In this document: positions 11,838 to 25,361 of the stretch, in pieces
How the letters are laid out: every line of letters begins with the position of its first letter
How positions within the stretch are numbered: the first letter of the stretch is position 1
DNA from: Chiloscyllium plagiosum
Lineage: Eukaryota
Direction: 5' to 3'
NCBI RefSeq assembly: GCF_004010195.1
Contig: NC_057720.1
Coordinates: 35,938,571-36,002,570 of the forward strand
Length of the DNA: 64,000 nucleotides
Program-made: the position numbers and the translations under genes
Notes under the pieces: model-generated
Databases searched by the model: none
What the model was told of the DNA's origin: nothing
The model's input: only the letters and a program-made list of their open reading frames with translations

Positions 11838-13707
11838 GAACATAGAAACGGACAGCACAGAACAGGCCCTTTTGCCCACGATGTTGTGCCGAGGGTTAAT
11901 CCTAATGTAAAATAAAATAACTTAAACTACGCACCTCTCAACTCACTGCTACCCATGTGCATGTCCAGCAGTCGCTTAAATGTCCCTAATTACTCTGCTT
12001 CTTCCACCACCACCGCTAGCAACGCATTCCTTGAAATTCACAACTCTCTGCGTAAAGAACCTTCCTCTGACGTCCCCTCTAGACCTTTCTCTTGATATCT
12101 TAAATCTATGACCCCTCACACCAGTCAATCCTGCCCTGGGGAAAAGTCTCTGGCTATTGACTCTATCCATTCCTCTCATTATCTTGTATTCCTCGATCAG
12201 GTCACCTCTCTTCCTCCTCCTTTCCAGAGAGAAAAGTCTGAGCTTAGTCAACCTCTCTTCAAAAGACAAGCCCTCCAGTCCTGGCAGCATCCTCGTAAAC
12301 CTTCTTTGCACCCTCTCCAAAGCCTCTGTATGTTTCTTATAGCGGGGCGTCCAAAACTGGACACCATATTCCAAGTGTGGTCACCAGGGACTTGTAGAGC
12401 TGCAGCAAAACCTCACGGCTCTTAAACTCAATACCTCTGTTAATGAAAGCAAAATAACAAATTGCTTTCTTAACAACCCTATCCACTTGGGTGGCAACTT
12501 TGAGGGATCTATGTACTTGCACACCAAGATCCCTCTGTTCCTCCACACTGCCAAGAATCCTGTCTTTAATCCTATATTCAGCATTCGAGTTTGACCTTCC
12601 AAAATGCATCACTTCGCATTTATCACGGTTGAACTCCATCTGCCATTTCTCAGCCCAGGTCTGCATCCTGCCTATGTCGCATTGCAGCCTGCGATAGCCC
12701 TCGATACTATCGACGGCACCTCCAACCTTTGGGTCATCTGCAAATTTACCCCTCAACCTCTTCTTCCAAGTCATTTATAAAAACTACAAAGAGCAGAGGC
12801 CCAAGAACAGAGCTCTGCGGGACCCCACTCAACACTGACCTCCAGGCAGAATGCTTTCCATCTACCACCACTTTCTGCCTTCTGTCAGCCAACCAATTCT
12901 GAATCCAGATAGCCAAATCTCCCTGTATCCCATACTTCCTGACTTTATGAATGAGCCTACCATGGGGAACCTTATCAAATGCCTTGCTAAAATCCATATA
13001 CACCACTGCTCAACCTTCATCGACCTGTCTTGTCACCTCCTCAAAGAACTCAATAAGATTCGTGAGGCATGATCTGCCTCTCACAAAGCCATGCTGACTG
13101 CTTTTAATCACGCTATGCTTTGCCAAATAATCATAAATCCTATCCCTCAGAATTCTTTCCAAAACTTTTGCTGACCACAGATGTAAGACTGACTGGTCTG
13201 TAATTGCCAGGGGTTTCCCTATTACCCTTCTTGAAAAGAGCAACATTTACCTCCTTCCAATCCTCCGGTACGACTCCCGTGGAGCATGAGGAGGCAAAGA
13301 TCTTCGCCAGCGGCTTAGCAACCTCCTTTCTCGCTTCCTGAAGCAGCCTAGGATAAATCTGGTCTGGCCTTGGGGACTTATCAGTCTTAATGTTTTCCAA
13401 AATTTCCAGCACATCAACTTCATCAATCTTGATCTGATCAAGCCTGTATCCCAGCTCCTCAAAGTTCACATTCACATCAAGGTCCCATTCCTTAGTGAAA
13501 ACTGAGCAAAAAACTCAGATAGGCTTTCCCTATCTGCTCAGACTCCACACACAAGTTCCCTACGCTATTCCTGATCGGCCCTACATCCTCTCTGATCATT
13601 GTCTTATTCCTCGCGTATGAATAAAATGCTTTTAAGTTCTCCATAATCCTTCTTGTCAAGCCTTTTTCATGCCCCCTCCTGGCTCTCCTCAGACCATTCC
13701 TGAGCTT
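11838..13707 (-). mobile_element. 5'-truncated CR1 LINE (ORF2 RT, frameshifted)
   Basis: [84 protein letters not shown]. Confidence 0.95.
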
Positions 13708-14319
13708 CTTAAAAACATAGTGAATACTGATATGTTTAGAAAGCAGGTCAAGTGTCTTGTAAACAATTAAGTGGACACAAGTAGGCCTTCAAATCCAAAA
13801 CACTTTACTTGAAAATTTCTTTCACTTATGGTTTTGTTGAATATAGCAGAAAAAAGTGATGCTCCTATTCTTGAATAGCTAATGGATACAATTTTAAGCA
13901 TTCATATAACGATTATTCATTTTGAGGTATAACAGTGCCTTGTTCTCATTGTGATATACTCAAGAAGGTGTTGCAGCTAGATTACAAAGTACAAATAAAA
14001 GTATGCATATTTACTTTATTTTCCATTTTTTACTCCAGTACAACTATCCTGTCAATGGAAGGCATGAATTTAGAGTTGAAGTTTCCTCAGACTATTTCAG
14101 GAAGTAATAGCACAAAACAAAAACAAAATATATTTTGCCTTGTCTAAGTCAGTTGCACATCAGCAAATACAAATTGAGGAAATCATTGCAGTAGCTGAAG
14201 TATAACATTTAAAATAAAATGAAGTTGACTTACAGAAGAAAGGCCACTGACAAATTTCTTGACCAAGGTTTAGTAATATTAAATCCTGCAGATAGAAAAA
14301 TGAGTATAACTTTCATTTC

Positions 14320-14640
14320 AAACCAAAGGGGCTATGAGGCATGTTAACTGTGATATAGTCTCAGACAGAGCCCTTCCCCTCGTATTGGCTTGAGAACTGA
14401 TGAAAATGTGTTTGGCAGCCTCCGTCCAGTTCCCGGGAGCAATGACTGAATAGCATAAAATCACTTCCATAATTGCCAATGGCTGACACTCAAAATGTCT
14501 CCAAAAATTATCAAAATTGCAATGCGTGTATAACATTAAAATAAAAAGCTGCAGGGGTTGTATGGTGATGTGTTGTTTGGTAACTTAACATGCTAGCTGC
14601 AACATGGAAAGGCAGGATTTAGTTAAGCAAACTCCTTTTC
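14320..14640. promoter_or_regulatory. Candidate conserved non-coding element
   Basis: Unique, non-repetitive block with higher GC than its flanks and no open frame with splice sites. Inference only. Confidence 0.35.
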
Positions 14641-15059
14641 TCAGTGATTCCATTATTGGAGGTATTATATTTTTGTGTTTCTCTCTTTTCTTTCAATCTA
14701 GATTCTTTTGGCTTCAGTGTTTCGGATAGTCATCTAAGTCAGCTCTTGCTCTTAGTGTTTTGGAAAAAATGTGTCTTTACTTGCTTTGATATTTTCAAGT
14801 AAACCCAGGAAGCAAATATTAGTGTTAGGGCATCTCGGCTACTAATTTTCTTACTTTCCTGTTTCCTGTTCAGAAGTTGGAAAAATAAAGCTACACCAGC
14901 ATTAATTTCAACTATAATTGAGATTTATTACAAACAGTATAAGAATATGTAGTTAACATTTAATTTCAAAGTGGATATTAAGTTTGTTTCCCATTACTTC
15001 AAAAGCAAAATAATCTGCGGCTACTGCTTAATAAGTGTTTTTTTTACATTTTTACTTTA

Positions 15060-15350
15060 TTCTCCTTCATCAAGATGGTCATGCATGGCACCAATAGATT
15101 TCATGGCATCCGTTTGCATTTCCATTGCAGCACTAACACATGGTTGGCTTTTAGCGTTGCTGCTTTGGAACTGAGAAATCAGTCTCAGACTGTGCGTCAT
15201 GGCTGTGCCCACAAATACTATCCCAAAATTGGACACCATTTCTAAGTTAGATTCGATGGGCCCTATGTTTATGTGAAGTTGTGTCTAATCGGAGTCTGAC
15301 GCCATCCCATTCCTTGGGACATCAGAATCTGGAGAGCTGCCAATGCATCA
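15060..15350. promoter_or_regulatory. Candidate conserved non-coding element
   Basis: Unique sequence with retained CpGs and an octamer-like TTTGCAT. Inference only. Confidence 0.35.
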
Positions 15351-16353
15351 ACCATTTTGGTGTGCATGTTCTTTATTGTACATTGCTTCATTAGAGTCCA
15401 TCTGAGTCTTGCAGCAGAACACATGGATAATCTGCCCGTTGCCTTTGGCCTTTATGCAGCCCACTCATGCCCAGTGATTCATATGTTGATCCTACCTCCA
15501 AGTTGCCATCTAAAGCTTGTACAGGATAACTGTTGTTACAAATAGTAGAATTTCATCACCAGTTGCATGCATTCCTTTTCACCCTTCATTGCCGGCCTGC
15601 TGGCTAGGCAGCAGCTCTTGGAGACCTGAAAGCATAACGGGAGGGTTGAAGAAAAGGGAGGAGATGTTAGGTGGCTTGTCCTTCAGGCTTAATTACGTGA
15701 TGAAGATGGAGTGGGATTTAAAAGGTGTATAAGACTGAGTTGTACAGTCATCCTATATCCAAAGATTAGCCCTATAGGATGTTTAGGCCTCTGTCAGTTT
15801 ATTTTTGTTAGTAATAATCAGAATTGGCCACAGAATATAAATACAAACTGTGATCATAGGCTATCCTAAAGAATAACGTATTTTCTCAGAATTGTATTTG
15901 TATAGCTGAGTATAAATATGGGCTATGCCTGTTGTATATTTGAAGATTGTATGTATAAATTCTGATTAGAAATAAAATCATTACCACTAAAACCATGTAA
16001 ATGCATCAGCTCCATCATTAATTTCTGTTCAGCCATTTTATGTACTACTATGGTCATTTTTGATTGTTGGACTAATTCCTTGGGTCCATGTGCACACCTC
16101 TGTTAGTGGAGAATCTGCAAAATTAACTTAAAATAAAGCTGAAGAAATGTTTATGGTCAAGGTAGTTTCCATAAATGTGTTATTCCCAATTCAGCTTTTG
16201 CAATGTTCAAAGTTGGCAAAACATCTGAAACTGGTTCTGTACATAATTGTTCAATGTTGAATCTTGGTGTACTTGCTGTTAAAATAACATTGATTCATAT
16301 TAACCTTATGTAGTCTACTCTATTTTTGTAGGGCACATTTATGTTGGCATGAT

Positions 16354-16792
16354 TTTACCAGGATGTTGCCTGGTATGGTAGGAAGATCGTATGAGGAAAG
16401 GCTGAGGCACTTGGGGCTGTTTTCATTGGAGAAAAGAAGGTTTAGAGGTGACTTGATAGAGGTGTACAAGATGATTAGGGGTTTAGATAGGGTTGACCAT
16501 GAGAACCTTTTTCCACGTATGGAGTCAGCTATTACGAGGGGGCATAGCTTTAAATTAAGGGGTGGTAGGACAGATGTTAGGGGTAGATTCTTTAATCAGC
16601 GACTCGTCAGTTCGTGGAATGCCCTGCCAGTAGCAGTGGTGGATTCTCCCTCTTTATGGGCATTTAAACGGGCATTGGATAGGCATATGGAGGATAGTGG
16701 GCTAGTGTAGGTTAGGTGGGCTTGGATCGGCGCAACATCGAGGGCCAAAGGGTCTGTACTGCACTGTATTTTTCTATGTTCTATGTTCTATG
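16354..16792 (+). mobile_element. Young CR1 3' fragment
   Basis: MLPGMVGRSYEERLRHLGLFSLEKRRFRGDLIEVYKMIRG..., a (TTCTATG)n tail and a probable TSD ATGATTT. Confidence 0.93.
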
Positions 16793-16837
16793 ATTTGCCT
16801 AATATAAGATAGACAGAACACAGCCATTCTCAAAAGT

Positions 16838-17028
16838 AAAGTTAAAAATCACGCAACACCGGTTATAGTCCAACAGGTTTAACTGGAAGCACTAGCTTTC
16901 GGAGTGCTGCTTCAGGTTACAACCGAAACATCCACTTCTGTACCTCCTGATGCTGCCTGGCTTGCTGTGTTCTTCCAGCCTCCTGCCTGTCTACTTTGGA
17001 TTCAAGCATCTGCAGTACTTTTGTCTCT
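16838..17028. mobile_element. Composite of two PLE ends: family B on minus, A-like tail on plus
   Basis: 16838-16918 is the reverse complement of 19051-19140. 16919-17028 has gatgctgcctggcttgctg...cagcatctgcag. Confidence 0.7.
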
Positions 17029-17959
17029 AGCAGAGCAGATAGGAACAGACTACTGCAGTCATAGGGACTTAACTGTAAGAAATTTAGAACTGAAAGCAAG
17101 AGAAACATTTTTAATCAGAAGATTCATGAGGCTGTGAAATATATATTGGAGTTAATGAAGTTGAGATTGGCTAGACAAATGGTTTAAGGAATAATAGGTG
17201 AAGAACTGTGCACATTAGTCAGATTCGTTGGAATATGGCTACTTTTTACCAATCATAGCCTGCTTGAGCTCCACAAATGTGTTTGTGTCATAATTTCCAT
17301 GTAAGATACGTTTGTCTGTTTTTGGTCTTGTTTTCAGTCTGCTGGACATATTTGAAGTCTCCATCTTGGAAAAGTAACAATACTACCATAATCTAGCCTT
17401 TAAAAGAAAGTATTTTCAGGCAATAAAGTATTTTTTTTTAAAAAGGTTTTGAACTGTTGTGATGGAGAAACCATTAGTCAGTAGGACAGCCAGTTTGTGC
17501 ACAACAATCTCAGAATAATTACAGTGCAGAAGAATGCCATTCAGTCCGTTATGTTTGCGCTGAATGAGCATCATGACATACTGTCATTCTCCCATCTTTT
17601 TCTATTTAAGCAATCACCTAGAGCCCTCTTGAATGTCTCAACTGAACCTGCCTCCACCACACTTCCAGGCAGTGCATTCCAGACTCGAGCCACTTCATAC
17701 CTGGGGAACGTCACTACAAACCTTCTGCCAGCCTGAAGAATATGCATTAACCATTACACTATTTCCTAACACTCAATTTTCCATCCACATTGCTACTGTC
17801 TGTTTCACTCCATGAGATATAACTTTTCTCTAAGTCTGTTGTGTGGCGCTATATCAAGCACCTTTTGGAAGTTAAAGTACGGAATAGCAACTGCATTACT
17901 CTTATTAGCCCTGTGTTAGTCTACAAAGAAATCAACAAGGTCCTGCTGATATCAATGTG

Positions 17960-18470
17960 ATAATAGCAAGATAATATTGTTTTACTGGTGGTGGCTGAGG
18001 AGTAAATATTGGCAGGAGACCATGGAGAACCCCTCTACCCTTAGAGTCTTATAGATCTATAGCACAGAAAAAGACCCTTTGGCTCATCAAGTCGACTGAT
18101 CTAAAGCAACTATCTAACTATTCTAATCTCATTTTCCAGCCCTTGGTCCATAGCCTTCTGTACCTTGGCATCACAAGTGTACATCTAAATATTTCTTAAA
18201 TGTTATGAGGATTTCTGCCTCCACCACTCTTACAGGCAGAGTGTCCCATGTTGCCACCACTCTCTGGATGAAAAAAAAGTTTCCTCACAACCACCCTAAA
18301 CCCTTCCTTTTACCTTAAATCTGTGCACCTTTCAACACAATGCTGTGGGATATTTTGAGTCCATCCGAGAGAGTAGATAAAGCCTCAGTTTAATATATCA
18401 TAATGGTGTAGTACTCCTGCAGTGCTGGACTTGTGTTAACCCACAGATAATGTGTTTAGGTCCCTGAGTG
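17960..18470 (-). mobile_element. Old DeuSINE-like element split by a CR1 3' fragment (18044-18325)
   Basis: Deu-like text aagcctcagtttaat...gtagtactcctgcagtgctggac, and a CR1 tail agagtcttatagatctatagcacagaaaaagaccc. Confidence 0.55.
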
Positions 18471-18521
18471 TTGTAGAATAGAAAGACCAAGGGCTTCAAG
18501 TACACAGTTAATTGGAAATTG

Positions 18522-19175
18522 ACTTAGACCACTCTATACTCATGCACACACATATACACACTCTCTCACAGACACTCACAACCCCCACCCCAGACCCACA
18601 CTCACAGAGTTAAGACACGCTATACACACTCTCTCATGCTCACAACCCCCCAACCCAGACAGATGCGCACACATATTTTGTGGAGTGAATTTGTACTTGC
18701 AGAGTTACGTTGTACTTTGCTCAAAAACTGCATGAATTCATGTAAAACTCTGTTATCTCACTTTTTAGATTAGAATCAATCTAAACATCATGGCATAGAC
18801 AACACAGGGGGCTAACACCTTCAACATATTGTCCAGCTAACACCAATTGTTACAGCTAACCTGAGAATGCAACTTTTAAAAAAGAAGTTTTTTGTGATTT
18901 ACACATGAAAGAAATGAAACTATCATGGTATTCAAACAGATGAAAGACTCAACAGACAATCAAGGTTTTTTTCAGTGTATAATTTCAGTTACATCACACT
19001 GTAAATTTTTGCTATAAATTCTGCACCTTACAGTTGTGTCCTCCACAATCACCTGATGAAGGAGCGGCGCTTCGAAAGCTAGTGTGCTTTCAATTAAACC
19101 TGTTGGACTATAACCTGGTGTTGTGTGATTTTTAACTTTGTACACCCCAGTCTAATACCAGCATATCCAAAGCAT
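18522..19175 (+). mobile_element. PLE family B terminal repeat region inserted into a CR1
   Basis: CA-rich tract, unique body, hammerhead and tail aaacctgttggactataacctggtgttgtgtgatttttaactttg. It interrupts a CR1 whose sequence resumes at cacaggtagacagagtgg. Confidence 0.8.
19050..19084 (+). ncRNA. Minimal type-I hammerhead ribozyme motif (PLE family B)
   Basis: cac-CTGATGA (19053-59)-A-GGAGC/ggc/GCTTC-GAAA (19074-77)-GCTA-gtg. Palindromic AGCT helix III, stem I cac/gtg, predicted cleavage after A19081. Confidence 0.8.
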
Positions 19176-19787
19176 CACAGGTAGACAGAGTGGTCAAGAA
19201 GGCATGTTTGCCTTCTTTGCTCAGACCACTGAATATAGAAATTAGAATGTTATGTTACCAAAGTACAGGTTGTTGGTGAGGCCACTTTTGGAGTACTATG
19301 TACAATTCTGTTGGCCCTGCTATAGGAAGGATATTATTAATTTGGAGAGGGTTCAGAAAAGATTTGCAAGGGTGTTACCGGGACTGAGAGTCTGAGTTTT
19401 AAAGGAGAGGCTGAATAAGCTAGGACCTTTTTCACTGGAGCACAGGAGGTTAAGAGGTGACCTTCTAGAAGTTTATAAAATATGAGGGGCACAGATAAGA
19501 TAAATAGGAGAGATCTTTTCCATAGGGTTGGGGAGTTCAAAAGATTTAAAAGGGACCTGAGAGGCAACTTTTTCCACATGGTTTATATGTGGAATGAACT
19601 GCCAGAGGAAGAAGTGTATACAGTTACAGTTAGATCATTTGAAAAACATTTTGACAGGTAAATGAATAGGTAAGTTTAAATGGCTAGGGGCCAAATGCAG
19701 GCAAATGGACTAGTTTAGTTTGCCAAGCTTGGTTGGCATGGACGAATTGGATCGAAGGGTCTGTTTCCATGGTGTATGACTCTATAA
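19176..19787 (+). mobile_element. CR1 3' fragment
   Basis: LVRPLLEYYVQFCWP and LERVQKRFARVLPG-like DNA, ending in a tatgactctat tail. Confidence 0.85.
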
Positions 19788-20865
19788 CTGCCAACTCGAA
19801 GGCAAGCATGCAACCCACTAGGTTGCAGTGAACACAGTAATTTCTAGTTTTCTTGGTATTATTCAAAATCTCAGCAATGATGGATATAACTTAATTGTGA
19901 TGTACCCTCTGAAAATTGGTGCTAATTTCAATGGATATAGAATATTTAAATCTTCTGTATAGTAGCAATAAGTCACATGAACAATTGATTTGCCAAAGTT
20001 GACTTTGATAATCAAAAGAGGGTTAGGGAGAAATCTCTATCATTATGTACAGTTTCCATATAGACCCCCTGATTCTCTAGTAGTCGCTTACTCTTAGTAT
20101 TTTAGTGTTAATAAATTTTGAGACTGGAGGATTTTTTTATTTGGATTATATGTGGCTACAGATCAGTGAAACTTACTGTGTTCTACATGATCTTAAATAG
20201 TTTTGATTAGCACAAGTATGTAATGTAATTGCTCCTTCCTACAGCAAAATTCATAGTTGCATGCCAAGGGTTGCTAATCAGCCTGGGCAACATTTATCCT
20301 GCCTACCCCTTATTATTCTGTCTTATGTGTCTTGGAAAAAGATTCTTAAATAAAAACATTTGTTGAAAGAGAACCAGACTCAGCAGTCTGAGTTCTAACT
20401 GTCTGACTTCTTACAGTGAGGCTGACTGGCAGTTTGTTGGGAGAATGGGATGTGTCAGCAGCATGTTTGTCAGTGTTTTGTTTAAAGTCCTTGCTGATTT
20501 CCTGACTGACTAAAGTTTGTGGGAGTGACAGTGACTCATGTCAGTCCTGTTTTAGCACACCTTTATTTAAAGGCAACCTGCCAGTTTATCTGAACTCCAG
20601 TGAGTACAAGCCCGACCTGCTCAACCTTTCGTCATTAGAAAATTCTTTTATACCTTGGATCAATCTAGTGAACCTTCTCTGGAAGGCCTGTAGTGTCAGT
20701 ACATCTTTCTTTTAGTTAAGGGGACAAAGATAACATCGTATCCTCTCAACTTGTTAGTCCTAATTCATGTCTTTGATTAACCACTTAGTGTCCTGTTAGT
20801 GTCTCTCAAGGTGTTGAGTGGTGATGGCGAATCCTCAGAAAAAGACTTACTCTGAAAATGCATGG

Positions 20866-21014
20866 TCAGAAGTCACATGACACCAAGTTATAGTCCAACA
20901 AGTTTATTTGAAATTACAAGTTTTTGGAGCATTGCTGCTTTGTCAGTCGGACTATAACCTGGTGTCTTATGACTTTTGACGTGTATCCCAGTCCAACAGC
21001 AGCACTTCCACATC
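20866..21014. mobile_element. Fold-back PLE family B mini-element
   Basis: gtcagaagtcacatgacaccaagttatagtcc and ggactataacctggtgtcttatgacttttgac form inverted arms. Confidence 0.7.
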
Positions 21015-21889
21015 TGAAAATGACTTTTGCCCCCTCCACCAGCTCAGTTAGAATAACACCTTAAGAGGTTTTCATGACAGGTTACTTGGAAAAGTAAACA
21101 GGACAGTGTGGTGGAAATGACAGCAGTGAAGATTCCTTGTCAGAGGAAAACCTCCTGTTTGTCTCTGAAACTCAGCATATGCAGTTAGTGTACAAAAGTG
21201 ACCATTCTGGAACTACAGTGCAAAATGTGTGCAGTCTTGTCAGTCTGACCAAAGACACAGTGAGCAACTACTCTTCATCTGTTTCTCTTCTGTCTGATTC
21301 TTAGTAAACCTTTTGCCTTTTGCTCTGAGCATCTTTACCATCCGTTTCACTTGCTCTCCCTCGCCCCTTTTTCTACAGCATAAAAACTTATTACTTTACC
21401 AGTCCTTTTCTTGTTCTGAAAAAGAGTCATGTTGGACTTGAATGTTAACTTTCTTTCTTTACAGATGCTTTCAAACCTGCCGAGTTTCTCCAGCATTTTA
21501 TTTTTATTTCAGAATCCAACAATCACAGTATTTTGCTTTTATTTTGAGGATGTGAGCAGTCTGCTTTTAGTTAATCTAAAACCATTTAGTTGTTCTACTT
21601 GGGAAATGTAGAAAGAGGAGGAAAAATTTGTAGTTACATTTTGGTGTTTAACATGGTCATATTTCTGTTAATGCTATCATCCACAAACTTTAATTAAAAG
21701 TTGCATTGTCATCTGCTCCCCACTTTTGCCTGCTGTCTGTCAGTTGGCTTCTTGCTTCATAAAGAATGATATGACAATTCAAAGAATGGGAAATGGATGT
21801 CTATGAAAGGAATAGATTGTTGATTATGAGATTGTTTCATGCTAGGACAGATGGAGCAAAACATTTCAGCCTGAGGACATGGAAAGCGA

Positions 21890-22628
21890 ATGGCAGACCA
21901 TAATGTTCAATACTGTTCAATGCAGCCATCAAGCCAAAATTACATTCTGCCCATCACACAAATTAATAATGTGATATCTAAAGTTCAGTTTGTTGTGGTG
22001 CCAGGTGTGTGGGTGGTAATGTTCCCAAAAACTTGCAGATCATATCAAACTGCACATCCCTTTGGCAGTTCACTATAAATAAAATACTCACTGTACCCAA
22101 CGAGCATATATCTGAAAAACACACAGTACAAAGTTCAACATTAGATATGATTCCGTAATTGGACGACATTGTCTGGATAATCCTGAATGTATGAAGAATT
22201 ATGTTGATGATCAATATAAGATTGTAAATTGGGCTCACAGTGTGGTACATTTGCATGTACTTAACACTGTATATATTGATACACAGATCTTTGCGACAGA
22301 AAGAACATGTACGCACACTCTGCTTGTTTCAACTCAGGAACATGGATTACAGCCACTCACTGGTTCATTTCTTGCCTCAGTCAAATGATGTCAACCTTCC
22401 TGATTTAAAATATTAATGAAGCCTGACAGTTAACTGTCAGTCATCGTTAACTGATACATTTTTCTTGCAATGCCTCTACCAATTACTGTCCATTAAAGAA
22501 TTATCTTCATGCAGTATAAATGTTGATTTTGTTTTCCCCTTAAGTTGGAATTCTTGTAAATTGCCCTGATAAGGTGAAACGTTTCAACAAGATATTTCTC
22601 TTTCAGCAACACTTGAGTTCTGTGCTAG
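21890..22628 (+). mobile_element. Old Penelope-like element (GIY-YIG C-terminus and terminal repeat)
   Basis: ILPITQINNVI..., SQKLADHIKLHIP, DSVIGRHCLDNPECMKNY..DQYKIV..AHSVVHLHVL. A decayed ccctgataag...gaaacg motif lies near 22565. Confidence 0.7.
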
Positions 22629-22899
22629 TACACAAGTGAATATTCAAGAATTGAGCAATTTATGTTCAAACAGAAACAACACAATTTTGCTTGAGAATCA
22701 ACACATTGAGAATAGTGCTGTTGAATCATACTCTGCAGCCAAAAGCTATGCCATGCATTACAAATATGTTTTCCAAGGTACAGCAGGCCACTAACCTTCA
22801 GGTCCTTGCTGGTGCATATTGAAGCCAAGCCCAGACTTTTCCAGGCAACTTAATCACATCTTCAGCTTTCAACTACAGCTCTTGCTCTCATGTAGCTTT

Positions 22900-23520
22900 G
22901 GGTGTATCTTACCTGGGCCTCAGTGATAGCACTCCAGCTGTGTGTCATCAGCCATGACCTTAGAGGTCAGCCTTTGGCTCCAAGGAGCCATCATTTGACT
23001 TTGCTTAGAGATGTGAATATTAGTTGGAGATATGACATGTTGAAGGCATCGTAGCAGATTCCTCATTGTAGATTCCTACGTATCTCGAATAGGCATGTAT
23101 GATAATTTGGTGGTTACTTCATAGCTGAAATTGATTGAGTCGATTCCCTCTCAGTTAATGAATATTTTTCCATGATCTGATGGCACATAAATGATCACAT
23201 TTGCAATCTCTGGACCTGTGGGAATCCAGCCAAAACTGCAAATCTGAGAGCCTTCTTATTCTGACTGGCCTCAACTATGGTGAAATGCACATATTTGCCA
23301 GCAATGGCAAACATGATACCTGTCATCTGCAAGATAGGAGTTTGGATAACAGATTTTGAGATTTAACAAATCTCAAACCACCAGCTGATTCCTAGCGGGA
23401 GTTGTCAGCAAAGAAGTTAAGTACCGTGTCACCCTTGACCACCGTGGGCAATATTTTCACTTGTGGGAAGGTCGTCTTTCCGGAGTCATCAAATGTCAGA
23501 ACCACCTAACTTGGAGGTCT
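22900..23520 (-). mobile_element. PIF/Harbinger transposase N-terminal remnant
   Basis: Minus strand reads LPTVVKGDTVLNFFA...SAG and AVLAGFPQVQ, matching LPV.VKV..ALNFFA.GS and AGFP.VQGAIDCTH. Confidence 0.65.
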
Positions 23521-24069
23521 GACCCTGTTGTTTTTGTTCCTCAACAGACATAGGAACAGAGGTGGCGCTGCATAAGCAGCTCCTGTGTGAGAAGGCTGAT
23601 AGATATGAAGTCTAGGTCAAACAGAAAACCTCCACTGTAGCTGAAATAATGGTCAAAGAAATCAGTAATGAAAACACATTGTTAGAACAAATCCTGTGAG
23701 AAAACCTTTCACTTGGGCATGGAAGCAGTTGTGTCACATTTTATGTAAAATCTATCTAGGTGCTGTTATGGTGCAGTGGTCGTGCCCCTACCTTTGAGCT
23801 AGAAGACCCAGGTTCAAAACTCACTTGCTTCAGAGGCATTTAATCATGTCTCTGAATAGATTGATTAGAAAATGTCTCAGTCTATGGGAGCTCGTATGGC
23901 ACTGGTTATAGTGTCCCTATCTCTGGGGGCCCAATGCATCAGAAGGCCTGGGTTAATGTCCCAATACTCATAATTAGTATCATGGAAAGAGGGTGTTCAA
24001 GACCAAAAATGATAATGAGTCTTGAAGGCTGCGGCCTGAGCACTCTCTTCCCTGTCCTTACCCTATACA

Positions 24070-24385
24070 CACCAGACCTTGTCGTCGCATGGGACTGCTA
24101 CCAAAAATTATCTACTAATATTCCCCGTCCACAGCTATTAATTCCAGCAGGCTGACCATTACATTTTTCTATCCAACTGCTGTTCTCTCTGTCTAGGGTC
24201 CATCTCCACCTAGTGTTTACTCCTCCTCCTCCCCCCCACCTCATCTTCAGCATATATACACAACTTTTCCTAGCTACAATCAGTTGTGAAAAAGGGTCAC
24301 TGGATCCGAAACATTAACTCTGCTTTTCTCCAGATGCTGCCGGACTTGCTGAGAATCTCTAGTATTTCCTACTTTTGTTTCTGGA
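24070..24385 (+). mobile_element. PLE terminal fragment with decayed hammerhead (similar copy at about 21270-21548)
   Basis: gtgaaaaagggtcactggatccgaaacattaac followed by cagatgctgccggacttgctgag. Confidence 0.6.
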
Positions 24386-24924
24386 ATATCATCATTTCAT
24401 TCAGTATTTGTTTCATTATTGTACACCAGAGTTAAAAGTACATAGGACACAACTTATTTTTTTAACCACGTATAGAGGCAGGAAAAAGCTAGAAAAGGGA
24501 GGAACAATAGGAAAAGTCTCTGATCGGGCATAAGGCAGGAGAGATTAAATGACAAAAGCAACAATATATTCGAGCCAAAAGTAATTGATTGGACAAGTCT
24601 TGAAAAAAATGATGACTTTGCAGAAAATGCAAATCGTAGCAAGAAAATCGTCAACCAGCAGCTAGCATCCAGAAACAAAATGTGGATGGGGGCTTAATTG
24701 GAAATCTTTGAGGTCAAGATTTAAATCTGAGACTACAATATGTCTATTTTAAGATGCCTACTAAAATAAAAAAAACTTCAAGGTAACGTGGAGATAATAC
24801 ATCAACTCAGTGTTTATGTGGAAAAATAATGATATGGTGGCTTTAAAAATGTACTCTTTAATTCCGATTTTCTTTTTGAGAATAAAATTTAGAAGATTTG
24901 TTGCATTTTAAATATCCTTTGTTA

Positions 24925-25190
24925 GTAGTTGTGGGTATGTTCACTGAGTTGGGAAGTTGATTTGCAGACCCTGTGTAGGTGACATCTTCAATACTTTCTA
25001 GCCTCCTGTGAAGTGCTGTTGTACTGTGTCTTCTGGAATTTATTTGGTTCCATTCCTGCTGCTTCCTGTTGTCGGTTCTGGTTGTTCATCGTAGCGGCTG
25101 GTATATTGGGTCTAGGTCTATGTGTTCATTGATAACCACAACTATGGCAACCAGCACCCGAGCTACAAATCTTTTCCCAAAGCTTGAATC
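24925..25190 (-). mobile_element. PLE family C fragment with inverted end
   Basis: Minus strand ends INEHIDLDPIYQPLR*. The tail acccgagctacaaatctt matches the reverse complement of 38650-38680. Confidence 0.65.
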
Positions 25191-25361
25191 TTTGTTATTT
25201 TGTGTTGGTCAGCTGTGGAATGTTCATGTGATAGATATTGCTCTTTTTTGCAAAATAAGTAAACAATGGTTTGTAGTCTTACAAATAATCCTCAATCAGC
25301 TTTTTTTTAAAGCAAATAAACTTGCTTGAATTTTGGTGATGGATTATTGGCAAGAAGTCAG

